Assembly (NCBI GenBank): GCA_001179505.1
Contig: CDMY01000297.1
Span: 66,919 to 130,918 of the forward strand
Source of the DNA: Vitrella brassicaformis CCMP3155
Lineage: Eukaryota > Protista > Chromerida
DNA length: 64,000 bases
Direction of reading: 5' to 3'
In this document: positions 36,862 to 48,913 of the stretch, one piece after another
How the letters are laid out: each line of letters begins with the position of its first letter
Numbering within the stretch: position 1 is the first letter of the stretch
Position numbers and translations under genes: made by a program
The notes under the pieces: generated by a model
What the model was told of the DNA's origin: nothing
Database searches by the model: none
What the model saw: only the letters and a program-made list of their open reading frames with translations

Positions 36862-39800
36862 ATGATGTTCCTTGCAAGCGTGGGAGGGCGGCTGCTTGGA
36901 GGCAGCAAGAGCGACGACAAGAAGGACAGCAAGAAGAAGAAAGATGACGAAGATGCAGCCGATGAGGAGGAGGCCAAGGCAGAGGGCAAGAAGGGCGGCG
37001 ACGAGGGGGATGAGGAGGCTGAGGATGAGCTAACGCCTCCGCCCGAGAAGGTAATACCGCTGGACCAGTTCTTTGCGCGTGTGGAAAAGATCCAGGAGGG
37101 CTGGAAGAGACGGGGCGCCAGCGACCAGGAAGCGCAGCACTGGAGCTACCCACGGAGATGGCAGGTGCGGACATTCATGTATCACTGCAATGCCCACATC
37201 TGCATGGTCCCTGTTTCTTTTGTGAAGGTGAAGATATGGGACATGCGGATAGAGAACCTCACTCAGGGGCCCCAGTAAGCAATCATAACGAAGCCTTGAC
37301 TTATTCATGACCTTGCCTTGATTTGAGCTCTATGGAAACAGAGACCTCTTCTGCGACTTCACATTCGGCGGCTACAGTGAAGGACTAATAGTGGCTGACA
37401 ACAAGAAGGAGCGTGTGTACGTGGCCGCTAACCCAGAGAGCCTCAGGAAGCAGTGCTTCGTGCGCACCAGTGTGCAGGAGGGCATTGCTCCCGAGGAGAC
37501 ACGAGACTTCGACCTGCAGGAGATCTTTGAGTATCGGGCTTCCTACCTTGACCTCGAACTTGAGAAGGTCGTCGTGCAGGTGCGGCTTGGAACGAGTGAG
37601 GACTATCACGCGTCTCTTTGCATTTGTCAGCGCCCTTTTGTGTCTGTCTCGTGCGTGTCAGGTTTGGCAGTGGTATCGGCGAGCGCTCAACAAGCTGGTT
37701 GGGACACTGGAGAAGTCGCTGGTGAATTTCGCGCAGGGAACGGTGTATTTCGATGAGACAATCAAGCAGAAGGTCAAGAGGGTGGGAATGGTCGACGTCT
37801 GTCGGGTGAGCTTCCAGCTGTATTTCCAAGAGATCTATGACTTCGAGCTGCTGTTCAACAACTGGAGCATCGAGAAGATCATGCACCCCAACAAGGCACA
37901 GTGGATGCTGCAAAGAACTATTGACGAGAAAACAGGCGGCGGAGGACACATCGGCGTGAGATGGATCGTGTCAGAGATCAACCGCCAGCTGGACAATTTG
38001 GCAGACATGGAGATGCTCCCATTCGGCAATCTCCGGAGGGCCAGCGTCGTTGAAGAGCGAGTGAGGCCGTACGAGCGTGGCTCACAAGATCTGGAAATGG
38101 GGGAGGACGAGCAGCAGGAGAAGTCTTCATCGAAGGCGTCGTCTGAGGTCAATTCCTCCGATGTGGGCGAGAGAGAGCTGCCCCATTTCATCCCGACGAC
38201 CAACACACTGGAGGCGGAGGAGCTGTGCAACCCGCGGCTGTACCTGGAGATCCCCTCGCGGGAAGGCGTCATGTACAGGAGCCCCATGAACAAACTGGCT
38301 TGTACAAGCCCCATGCAGAAGCGCACCAACAACCCTTCCTGGGACTCCATTGGTGTTCTGTACTTCCGCGGCACGGCTGCCGATCTGGAGAACTCTGCAC
38401 TCAATGTGCGCAAGTAAAGACACTGCACAAGCAGTGAGACACACAGTTTCCTTGTGCCTGCGGTTGTTTTTGTTTGTATCAGGTCCGTGCAGTGGATGAG
38501 CGGACCAAGCGGCTGATCGGCAGTGCCTTCATGCCGTTGAAAGGTGTGCTGGAGTCGGGCTATGTCCGTCGCCAGCTAAATGCGCCCCTTGCCCTGGCCA
38601 ACAGGGCAGACTCCGAAGGGATCGACGTCTCTTAGTGGTTCTTTGGTCTCGTACACGGCAAGGTGGGAAAGCACCATGGGACACACTGCAACAATAAGGC
38701 TTGTGCATGTCGATCTCTCGTGCAGGTACAGATCCTGCACCAGCCTCGGTACCGTCAGGTTGGGGACGTGTTGGAGATCATTCCGGGCGCGTTTTATCTG
38801 ATCGTCCGTGTTATCGAGATCGACCACTTGTATACGCGAGACGACAGGGACCAGATCGACTCGTGTGTACAAGTGACATTCGATGGTACCTCGCGCCACA
38901 CCCGGCCCATCAGGGGCTCGCTGAAGCCGGAGTACCAAGTGAGACCGACATAGATGGGAGGAGACCCGTTTTATACCTGCGGCTGTTGTCCAGGACGAGC
39001 TTGCGTTTGCGATCCGTCTGTCTCCATACAAGATTCGCGAGGGCGAGAGCAAGGGCGAGGAGCGAGTGGCCATGTCGGATGTCAAGGCAAAGGGGCCAAT
39101 CGCATTCGATGTCTGGGGATTCGCAAACGATATCGAGGGTCAACCAACCAATAAGCAAAGCAAAGGCCTGTGTATGTGAATTGCTGTGTCTGCGTCAGGC
39201 AGCGATCATTTGGGTGGTGTTGAGGTGCCTCTGTGGGAAATACTGAGCGACAAGGACGGCAAGCCATTTCCGGCCAAGGAGAAGAAATGCCTCAATGTGT
39301 AAGCAAGTAGACAATTACAGGCCCGGGATGCGATCGTCAGTCATTGATTGATTGGTTGCTTGTGTGCAGAGTGAGTGGCAAGGAGGAGGCGTACAAGGCG
39401 TATGTGTGGTCGGGCCGCAAGGACCTCACGCTCACGTGGACACGGGAGAAACAGCCCAGACTTAAACTGCAAGTGAGACATGAAGACGCGTGTCTCTCAC
39501 ATGGTCAGATGAGACTCTGCCTTGTTTGCGTTGGCAGATTTGGACAAAGCCAAGCCTGATTGACCTACTCGATGCACCATTGTAAGATGTCTGGATTCTC
39601 AGAAATTACATTTTTATCTTTCCATTTGGTGCAGACCTCGCACCGAAGCGGCTCACAGCTCGACGGACGGTCTTCCGAAAGCCATTGCAAAGAACTTCAC
39701 CAAACACAAGGCCAACTTTGACGCCAAGACGAGTGCCCATCGTATCAATGATCGCTTCTTTCCGTCCATGGCCATCGATCAGCGGCAGCGGGAACACTTC

Positions 39801-42800
39801 CTGCCGACCTATCTCACGGCCGTCACCCCACCAAAGGACCTCGACAACGAGAACGTCATCGCATACTTCATACAAAACATCCCTTTCTCAGCCGCCAGAC
39901 CCCTCGACACAGTGGAGACAGACGGTGACGCGACTGGCAGACGGAGGAAACGGAAGCGGCTTGTGATCACCAGCCCAGATTTCTTCCTCATGACCAAAGT
40001 CGGACCGCCAATCGACCACTGCATCCTCCACTGTAGCATCCTCTTGGGCTATCCCACGCCTGCATACGTCTGTATTGGGACGCTGTGGAACAGGCGGCCG
40101 CATGCGTGGGTCATGACATGGCATTCGGAGAGGCTCACTGTCAAGTAAGCCTTTCTGTGTCCATTTTGCTTGATTGATGAATACGTTTGTGTCGTCAGAT
40201 TTTGGGAGACGACACCTTTCACGACTTACAACCAGCCTCACCGATTCTACGATACGGAACGGGCGAAGAAGTAACCCTGCAGTCAAGGCCTGCAATGGCG
40301 CACATTCTTCTTCCTTGTCACTTGCTGCAGGCTGATTGAGCAGATAGAGGCAAGGCAGCCTTCTGCTCTCGACAAATTTGTCCACGTAGACACACAAAAC
40401 GTGAATCTGTTTGGGCTTGCATCCCTGCTGGTGCTTTTCCTCGTACAGGACATGAAGACTCGGGAAAAGAGAAGGCATCGAGAAGAAAAAAAAGGCGTAT
40501 GCACGTGAAGAGACATCGGCACAACATACGTTTATGATCTCTGTTTTTGTTTGTGGCTGCAGAGCGACGGAGAGACAAGGCCGTCAAACTCGACGAGGAG
40601 TCATCCTTATTCCCCGTGTAAGCCACACTGAAAACTCCAGACAAGACGATCACATGTCCCATCTCCCTGTTCGCTGTCGATCAGCACCAGTGGCGATGGG
40701 GAGACGGACGGCGACAGTACGCAGAGGTCATTTGAGGAGCATGACCCTCTGCCCTACCGCAGTATCGATGTGGTCTTTGATACCACCAACGTCTGGGCTA
40801 ACCTGCAGCACCACAGCCCCGCCAAGATCTACTATGACCTGTGGAACGATGTACGCTGAGAAAGATCCACTGTAGCCTTCTGTCTCGACTTCACGGGTCC
40901 GTGCAACTGTGCAGGAGCTTTGGTATCCGTTCCACAGGACGAAGGAGCCGCTGAGGCCGTTCTACTCTCCGAAGTCGCTCACCGCGGCCAAGGACCCCAA
41001 CAAGGACGAGCGACGTCTGCGGCAGATGGAGGACATTCACGACAGGCTGCAGTATGAAATTGCCACACACCGCACCTCACTCAGCCTCAGCACCAAATTC
41101 CACCGAGACGACAAGCTCGAGGCGTTCCTCCACAAGTGAGTGAGCCTGTAGGAGACAGCGACAAATGTCTTATGCGCGTCTTTTCTTCTATCAGAGGTCT
41201 GATGATCTACGAGCAGCTGGAGATTCGTGAGAGCTATCAGGACTTGCAGTATGCCAGGGCTCAGCTTAACGACTGGAAGTCGGTCATGCATACCAAGACG
41301 CCCGAGAATCATCGGCTGCTGATGAGCTTCTTCCACTTCAACACGGTCAAGTCCACGACCATCGCCCAGCGCGTCACCGAGCAGACGCCTTTTCTGGCCA
41401 CAGTGAGGGATCGCGGTGCTCGATTCGCTATTGGCGTTTTGAAGACGAGCCTGCCGGAAGGCATGTCATCCGTTTTTGTGGTGGTCGCCTGTGTGAGCCC
41501 CGTCACCCAGGAAGAGCGAGATCGGGAGCTGCTGGAGAAAAGAGAGGTGACTGCTGGCCGAGTTTGGATGCTGGAGAGCTGCGCCTATGTATGTGTTTGC
41601 AACTGTCTGTGTGTCAGCAAGAAGAGGAGCAGCGGCGGAGACAGAAGATGGAGGAGACACAGACACGCATGCTGGAGCAAAAGGCTGCCGAGACTGAGAA
41701 AGAGTCTGTGTCCGAGTCAGAGACACCCGCGGCTATCGCTAACGGGCAGATCGAGAGCGAGGAGGAGGAAAAAGGGGGCGATGGGATTCAAGAAGAAGGT
41801 GAGCCGATTGAAGCAGGGGGAGAAGATGAGAATGCTGGAGACGAGGAAGCAAGCTACGCTGGGGAAGAACAAGAGGGGCACGGCGACCACGAAATCACGA
41901 GGGAAGAACCGCCTACACACCGGGCTCCTCGAGCTGACATCGCCGCTGCTACAGATTGGCAGAAGCAAGAGGACGACGAGCTTGCCATCACAACGGGAGT
42001 GACGACAGAATACAAGACAAAACGGAGGAGATCGCGGGAAAGAGATCAAGTGGACGACGACCACAGAAGGTCGACCATCGGCAGTACTCGTCTGAGGCCT
42101 CCTCCCCCTCCACAGGATGAGAACGTCGCGATCGATCGCCCCGCCTTTCGCCAGTCAATGCTCATGTTCATCAATGTGGCCAAGAAGACAGGCGATGACA
42201 TGCACGGTCCGAGCACGAAGGACGCCTGCATTCACGTCATGTCGCAATCCCTCTGTCTCTTTTGACAGAGATTATTGCGAGCACGAGGCGTGAAAGCGCC
42301 ATGATGCCAGATCAGAGGTGGCATTGGGATAGTGAGGACGAGCCACATGTTGTGGACCGGAAGCGGCGGGAAGAGGCGTGGCAACAAGCCTTCCACCGCT
42401 TCTCAGTCATCGCACAGGGCGGGGCCGACCCTCTGGAGCACCAAGACATGGGCCCACCTGGCCAGCCCGAAGACACGAGCGATGATGCCGATGACGAGCA
42501 GGAGGAAGACAGACCTGCGTCAGCAGCCCCATCAGTCACTGATCTCCAGCCCGTCACACCACGGGATGCTCACAGACGCACGCGGCCGTCGTTCTCATTA
42601 CCACGGGAGGACCAAGACGAGGAGCAGCCCACATCTGCGTCTGCAAGGAGATTCGAAGACATTCGTTTCGGAGATGACGATGTGGAAGACGACAGTGATG
42701 AGCCAGTGACGTCTCACCATGTCCCAATGCAAGCACATCGACCCCAACGGGCAGTCAGCTTCAAGGACGATGCATATCTATCGGAAGAGGGATCACTGTC

Positions 42801-42885
42801 TTCAACGAGCATGCGACGCAGCAGTGGAGGCTCGCCAAAGGGCATCTTGAAGCTGCCTTCTGTCACTGTCAATAGGAAGGCATGA
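36862..42885 (+). CDS. Multi-C2-domain protein with CEP76/CC2D2A-like transglutaminase-like domain and acidic tail
   Basis: C2-like exons (VVVQVWQW...LVG; YLIVRVIEIDHL...DSCVQVTFDG); SPDFFLMTKVGPPIDHCILHCSILLG...AYVCIGT...HAWVMT matches the CEP76/CC2D2A C-terminal pattern; Glu-rich tail. Confidence 0.72.
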
Positions 42886-43107
42886 CCGATCCGTGGAGTG
42901 ATGTGAGCGATTTCAACCCTTTTATCGTAGGCCTTCATTGTCATGTAGGTGGACTGTTGCGTCTCTCGCACACTAGCTATTGAGGGAATTCATGGACACC
43001 AGACCTTTGTCTTCATGCCAATGCGAGTCTCCTCAGACAGGGGATCCTAATGATAGATGGCGAGATCAAGACACACAGCTAGAAGACTCGATACACTTGC
43101 ATAGCCC

Positions 43108-46100
43108 TCATGTTCTATATCTGTCCATGGCCTCCCGTATGTCCTTATTTTTGGCCACTTCATATGGTGTCTCGCCCTGCACATATGACATACATCCAAT
43201 CGCCGATGGCCATGCCAGCGTATGTATGTCCTGCCACCTTATCGTTTTTGCGAGCGAGGGCTGCTTTGTCCCACTGTAAGAGCTGCCTGACTGCCTCCAA
43301 GTGTCCATTTGCGCTGGCGCAGTGCAACGCGGTCCGTCCACCCTGACGAGACACACACACAGTGATGCAACGGAGACATGGGATCGCCTCGCCTTCACCT
43401 TGCCCTGCTGCTCCAGCAGCCCCTGACGCCTGTCCTCCGGCACTCTCTCATATATCGTACGCATCACCTTGACGTGTCCTCCGCCAGCAGCCGTCAGGAA
43501 TGCGGTGTATCCTCCATCGGTAAACGATTCCAGAAGCGGCAAGCCGCCCCAGTCGAGCAGCTGACCCACAGCGACACTGTGTCACTTGTTCGCCGCGCAG
43601 TGAATCGCCGTCCACTTGCCCTACATCGATTGTTCTTCATCCATGAGCCTTTACTTGACTGAGGGCTTCCTCACCTTATTGTGCTCTTCCAACAAGCTTT
43701 TGCGACCAGCTTGGTCTGGGAGAGCATCATACATGACCTGCATCACCTTGGCATTGCTGCGTCAAGAATTGGTTCATGCAGATAGGGGCTAGAATGTCAA
43801 TGGCATCCTTCATCACCTGCAGACAGGAAGGGCGTGAATTGTCCGTCGGTGCGCTGCTCGAGCAAAGACACGCCACCCCAGTTCAGCAGCTTGCGAACTG
43901 CAGTCGCATGGCCGTTGTTTGCGGCGCAGTGCAAAGCGGTCCACTGGCTCTGACGATCAGCATGCACGGAGAGAGCAATAGACGCGCAATGCGCCTCTGC
44001 TGTCCGAAGAGGGCTCACTTTGGTGCGCTCTTCCAGGAGCGGTTTCCCATCGTATTTGTAGATGAGCTCCATGACGGCTACACTGCCGCCTGCCGCAGCT
44101 AGAATGAATGGCGTCTCATCGTTCTTTGTGCGGTCCCTGAGGATGGCGGCGCCTCCCGCTTTCAACAGCTCGTTTATGACGACCGTGTGGCCCTTCCGTG
44201 AGGCACGATGCACCGCCTTCCATCCACCCTGCAGTCACACCCCACCCAAACAGACTGCGTAGTCGGCGTCTTGTGCCTTGTTTGCTTACATTGTTCGTTT
44301 GGTCCAAAAGCTCTTTGCGCCGCTCTTTCGGCATCGTGGAGTACATCAGGCGTACCATTGGCAGGTTGCCGCTGTCCGCAGCTACGATGAATGGCGTGTC
44401 GCCGTTCTGAATCACACGAGCAGAGACACGCACTGGACTTCCTGTCTCTGTTGGTGTTGAGACGCACATTGGTGGCTTTATCGAGGAAGGCCGGTCCTCC
44501 CAATTCCAGCAAATGCTTCGACACTTCATTGTGGCCCTCTCGCACAGCCAAGTGAAGAGGCGTCCGGCCCCTCTATGAGACAGCAATCAGCAATACCCAA
44601 TTGAAACGTTTCTTCGCCAGCCACAGGCTTACCTTGTCTTTGAGTGACAAGATGAAAACCTTGGGGTCCTTCTGGCGCGCGACTATCTCCTTGAGGACCT
44701 CCAAATGCCCCTCCTCAGCAGCCTCACTGGCGATGGTGTTGCCGAACTACGTGGCACACGCAGCAGGAAAGTAGAACGATGTGGAGGCTCTTGTGCATTG
44801 CGAGGCTGCCCACTTTGTCAGGAAGTGTGAAGAGGTCATTTCCTCCGGCTGCGAGTCCGGCATCAAGGAAAGTGCCGACCAACTCCACATCACCTTTGGA
44901 CGCCGCCACATGTATAGGCGGGGGATACGACTGAGAGCAAAAGCAGGGGAAAATATAGTGGAAAAGGATTTCACAATGAATAAGCGTACCTTGGTTGCCA
45001 TTTTTATGAGGGCCGTCCTCCCACCCTCGATTATCTTCTTCGCCGCTTCCGCTTTGCCATTCAAGGTGGCACAATGCAAGGCTGTGCACCCGTCCTGGAA
45101 ATGGAATCGATCAAAGCTCAAGTGGCCATCGCTCCTGCACTTAAGTGTGGCTTACACTGTCAACTTCCTCCAGGCATTTTGCCCCTTTCTGCTCGATCAA
45201 CCGTGCTAGCACTTCCATGTTTTGCTCAGCGCTTGCGTCGAATATGGTAATCTAGAAAAGACGAAGCGAGACACGATCCGTACGAAAGACAAGCTGTGGT
45301 CTACCTCTTCGGTGGCTGTCTGTGCCGTCTGTCCACTGCTGGGTGCCGCTGGAGCAAGCACAGACGGAGGCAGGGCCTCATCGACATCCACTATTCCAGG
45401 AAGGCTTGGTGGGGCACCCCGCAGAGGCAGCAGATCTGCAAGTAATGCACCGAGACGAGAGACAGCTTCATGCATCAAAGTGCTGTCTCTCCTCACTTTG
45501 CACTGGAGAAGTTATGGAAGTTCTCCTCTCCTCCCCCATGGCCCTCCAAATCAATGTCCGACGGGGGGCACTCCCTTGATCAAATTGTTGGATCTCCACA
45601 CTCTTGCCGTTGGCTGCCAAAAAATGCCCAGGCAGACCCACGCACTCATACATCTTGGGATTGCCGTAGACGAAATTATTCTCGCTCTGGCCTTTGGGGC
45701 TGAAAACTAGATCATCATCCTTCGCCCCAGCGGCTTCGATGCAGTGCTTGCAGCAAGCACAGCAGCAAAAAGTGCAAATACTGCATAATCCGGCTTTCTT
45801 CGCGGGCGAGATGACGAGCTCTTGTCGATCGACTTGTGTCCACTGCTGGTACTCCGCCCGGTCGACGCTGTCCTTTTCAAGCGCAGGTGTCTCAAGGATA
45901 AGCTTGGGCCGCCGACGCTGGTCGATACTTGCTGGCTTAACCGCAAGCGTCTTGTTGGGGAATGCTAGAGAAATCAGCCGGAATGTCTCGGTTTTCTTCA
46001 TGGTCAGATCGTCATGGGCCTTCCTCCACAGCTCTTTCTTGGCGATGGGCTTGCCAATCTGCGGCGTCGTCTTCTCTCTCAGCCCCAGATCAAAGCTGTC

Positions 46101-46796
46101 GGGGCCCTTGAAGGCCGTGAGGACAAGAGGAGGAATGGTGCCCACGTTTTCAAGGGAGAAAGGGGGCTCTCCCTGGTTCTCGTCATCAATGCGGTTCTGC
46201 AGCTGTTTTTTGAAGGGGGGGTTGCCTCTGCAGAGGACAATACCGTCGGGCAGCTTCCAAGGGTGAATTAGCTTCCCGCAAAAGGCACCCACACCACAGA
46301 AATAACACCAACGCATTGATTTGCACACCCACGCGCATCCCTTGCTTACCATCGGCTGCAGAATGTAGGGAGTGTACATGTCCTCGATGATGATGGACAG
46401 GTAGGAGGACGCGATGCTGTAGAGGGTGAGGTCCTTGCCGGCACCCAGCATGTGCCAGTTGTTTGCTCGCTCGAAATATCTGTAGTTGATCTCAAGCCGC
46501 TTCTTGTCGTCCTCTTCGTCTTCATCTTCAGTCTCATTTTCCACTTCAGCACGGCCTCCAAACCCACCGACTTCAACGCCCACCCCGACCTTCCAAGTCC
46601 TCGCTCTGCGCTGTCGTTTGGCCTGCTCGATGTCCTCCCTGACCTTTTCCACCTCTCCACCTGGACACAGTCGAATGTGCGCTGTCAACAGCAAAGAGAA
46701 CCTGTGCATACAGACTCCGCGCTGGAAACCCACCGTCATCTTACCTCTACGGTTGGACTTGTTTACGACCTCGAGGCTCGTGTATATTTCCGTCAT
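43108..46796 (-). CDS. Ankyrin-repeat protein with uncharacterised beta-rich N-terminal region (alternative start 46928)
   Basis: In-frame splices (PVQN|LLPLRG...ATEE|ITIFDASAEQN) join the N-terminal region to about 12 ankyrin repeats (e.g. RTPLHLAVREGH, WTALHCAANNGH). Ends IREAMDRYRT*. Confidence 0.75.
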
Positions 46797-46975
46797 CGGG
46801 ATAGGGAAGAACTTCCCGGCTGAAGGGAGGGAAAGTTGAGACTCCTCCCCGCAGCCCCCAGTCTCGACACCTGAGTTTACGCTACAGCGTGGTGGCGGAC
46901 TACGATTTCTTTCCTGGTCTCGCGGCATTCGAGGGTTGCTCTTCGGCCTCGTGCACCCCTGTGATGATAAACGAG

Positions 46976-48023
46976 ATGAAGCTGGTATTGGCCCTTTGTT
47001 TCGTCGTGCTTGTCGGAGTGTACGGGGCGCCTCGTGCCACAGGGAAGGCGGCTGCTCAACTGGAGAGCTCTTTGGTAATTGACGCGCTGCTCTCTCGTCG
47101 ATACGACGTGGAGGACGTCAACATCGTCAAGAGAGGCGGCAGGGTGGTCATGGTGGACGGTCCGCCAGAGGCACTTGATGAGCTCTTCCAACGACGAGGT
47201 ACGTGTGATGGTTTGCGAGGCCACAGTGCACCTCAAGCTGCCTATTCTGTGGGCTTTCGTTAGGCGCAGAGCAGGATTGTGAGGCCCCGGAAAGTACAAC
47301 GGCATGCCCTGGTCAGACACAGTGCAGAGAGAGGCTCATGTGACGTCATGCTCAATGGATCCCTGGTGGTGCAGGCAGCGCAGCCAATGGCCTCCCCGCG
47401 TGCACTATCAGCAATGAGGTCACTAACGCGGACGGCTCAAAAAGCGGCACCATCAGCGGCATCAACTGTGAGGTCACAAGGACAGGCCTTCCCATGGCTG
47501 TTGAGGTGACGGATGATGCCGACATGGATGGCCTCGACTTCTTCATCGACGAGTACACAGTGGAGATTCCTTCGACCGTTCCAGACGGTTCGAATGTCGT
47601 CTTTGCTGTCGACAGTAACGTGGCCGACACAGACTTTCAAGTGGTTCTCTTCCCAGGCACAGACGACGAAGAAGACATTCAGTCGAGGGTGGCGACTGAC
47701 GCTGTCGACAACTATGAGAACGTGATTGTCGTCCGGGCCGCCGTCGATGGTGTTAGAAGAGGGACGGTCAAACTCGAGGTACGTACGTGAATGTGTGTGA
47801 AGGTGCTTACTGTATACACGCATCTCATTCATTTATTCATTCCCCCGTGTGCGTTGTGTGTCGATGCATTGAATGGCAGCTCGGCTGCGTCTCGTTCACT
47901 GCGGACTGCAATTACACCTTGATTATATTCGAGCACACTGGATGCTGCGCCCTTGACCTTGGAAGTGGCATTACTGTCGACGACGTGGGCACAGAATTTG
48001 CTGCTGGCGCCACCATTGCGTGA
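46976..48023 (+). CDS. Secreted hypothetical protein (acidic beta-sandwich/PPC-like region)
   Basis: Signal peptide MKLVLALCFVVLVGVYG; spliced exons; acidic beta-strand-rich segment YTVEIPSTVPDGSNVVFAVDSNVADTDFQVVLF. Confidence 0.6.
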
Positions 48024-48913
48024 AGAAAGCTCGTCGAAGCGAGCGGGTAGGGTGGGGACCTCTCGACATTCAGAGATTCGGCTGGTGGGGCGCTGGGGTG
48101 ATGTGTGTACGACTTGACTGATACATGGGCAGAGAGACAGACGGTTGCACGGATGTCGAAAAGACGTCCTGCATCTGTCATTCACACACACGACAGAGAG
48201 ACCTTCGTACTGTGTGTATCATGCAGCGAGAGACACGATTTAGTTGCGTTGTCGTGTTTGGTCGCCTTCTCTTTAGCCACGTAGGACGTGTTTGGGCTGT
48301 CGTTGCCTTCATTTGGCGGGAAGGAGAGAAGATGTGACCGGCGAGCTATGTACGTATCCATTGACCGTTAGATGCGGAATCGTTTTGTAAGTGAGAGAGA
48401 TGAACACCACTGCTGAGTCAGCAGCGCACACGCTTGCTGTCATTGATCTGTTCCATTGGTCCTTTTCTACAAGACGTCCTGATGCGATGTCTGCATAAAG
48501 CTACGCGTTTTGATCACAGCATGAATGAGTGTCTGCGCGTCACTGCGTCCCATGATGCACATGTGACCATAAAGACGATTGCTACCCGTGATCCCCACCC
48601 ACTCCCTGTACACCTGTAATGGAATGCGCGTGTGACACGCATGCACGATGAGTACTCTCACTTATCATTATCACTGCAAAGGTCCCTTCGGGACGGCAGC
48701 ACCATGAATGTGGCAAAACGAGCGGCCAACATATAGAATGAGGGAAGGAACAAAACGGGGGCAGAACAAGACGAAGAGGGAGGCAGGAGACAGGCAGATG
48801 GGTTGGTAGGCAGCCAGTACCCCGACTCGTTATGTACACAGAGCAGCGGAAAAACTCCATTCAACAGACAAGGCGGTGGATGGACAGCGGCCCTCTGATG
48901 ATATCTATCATCA

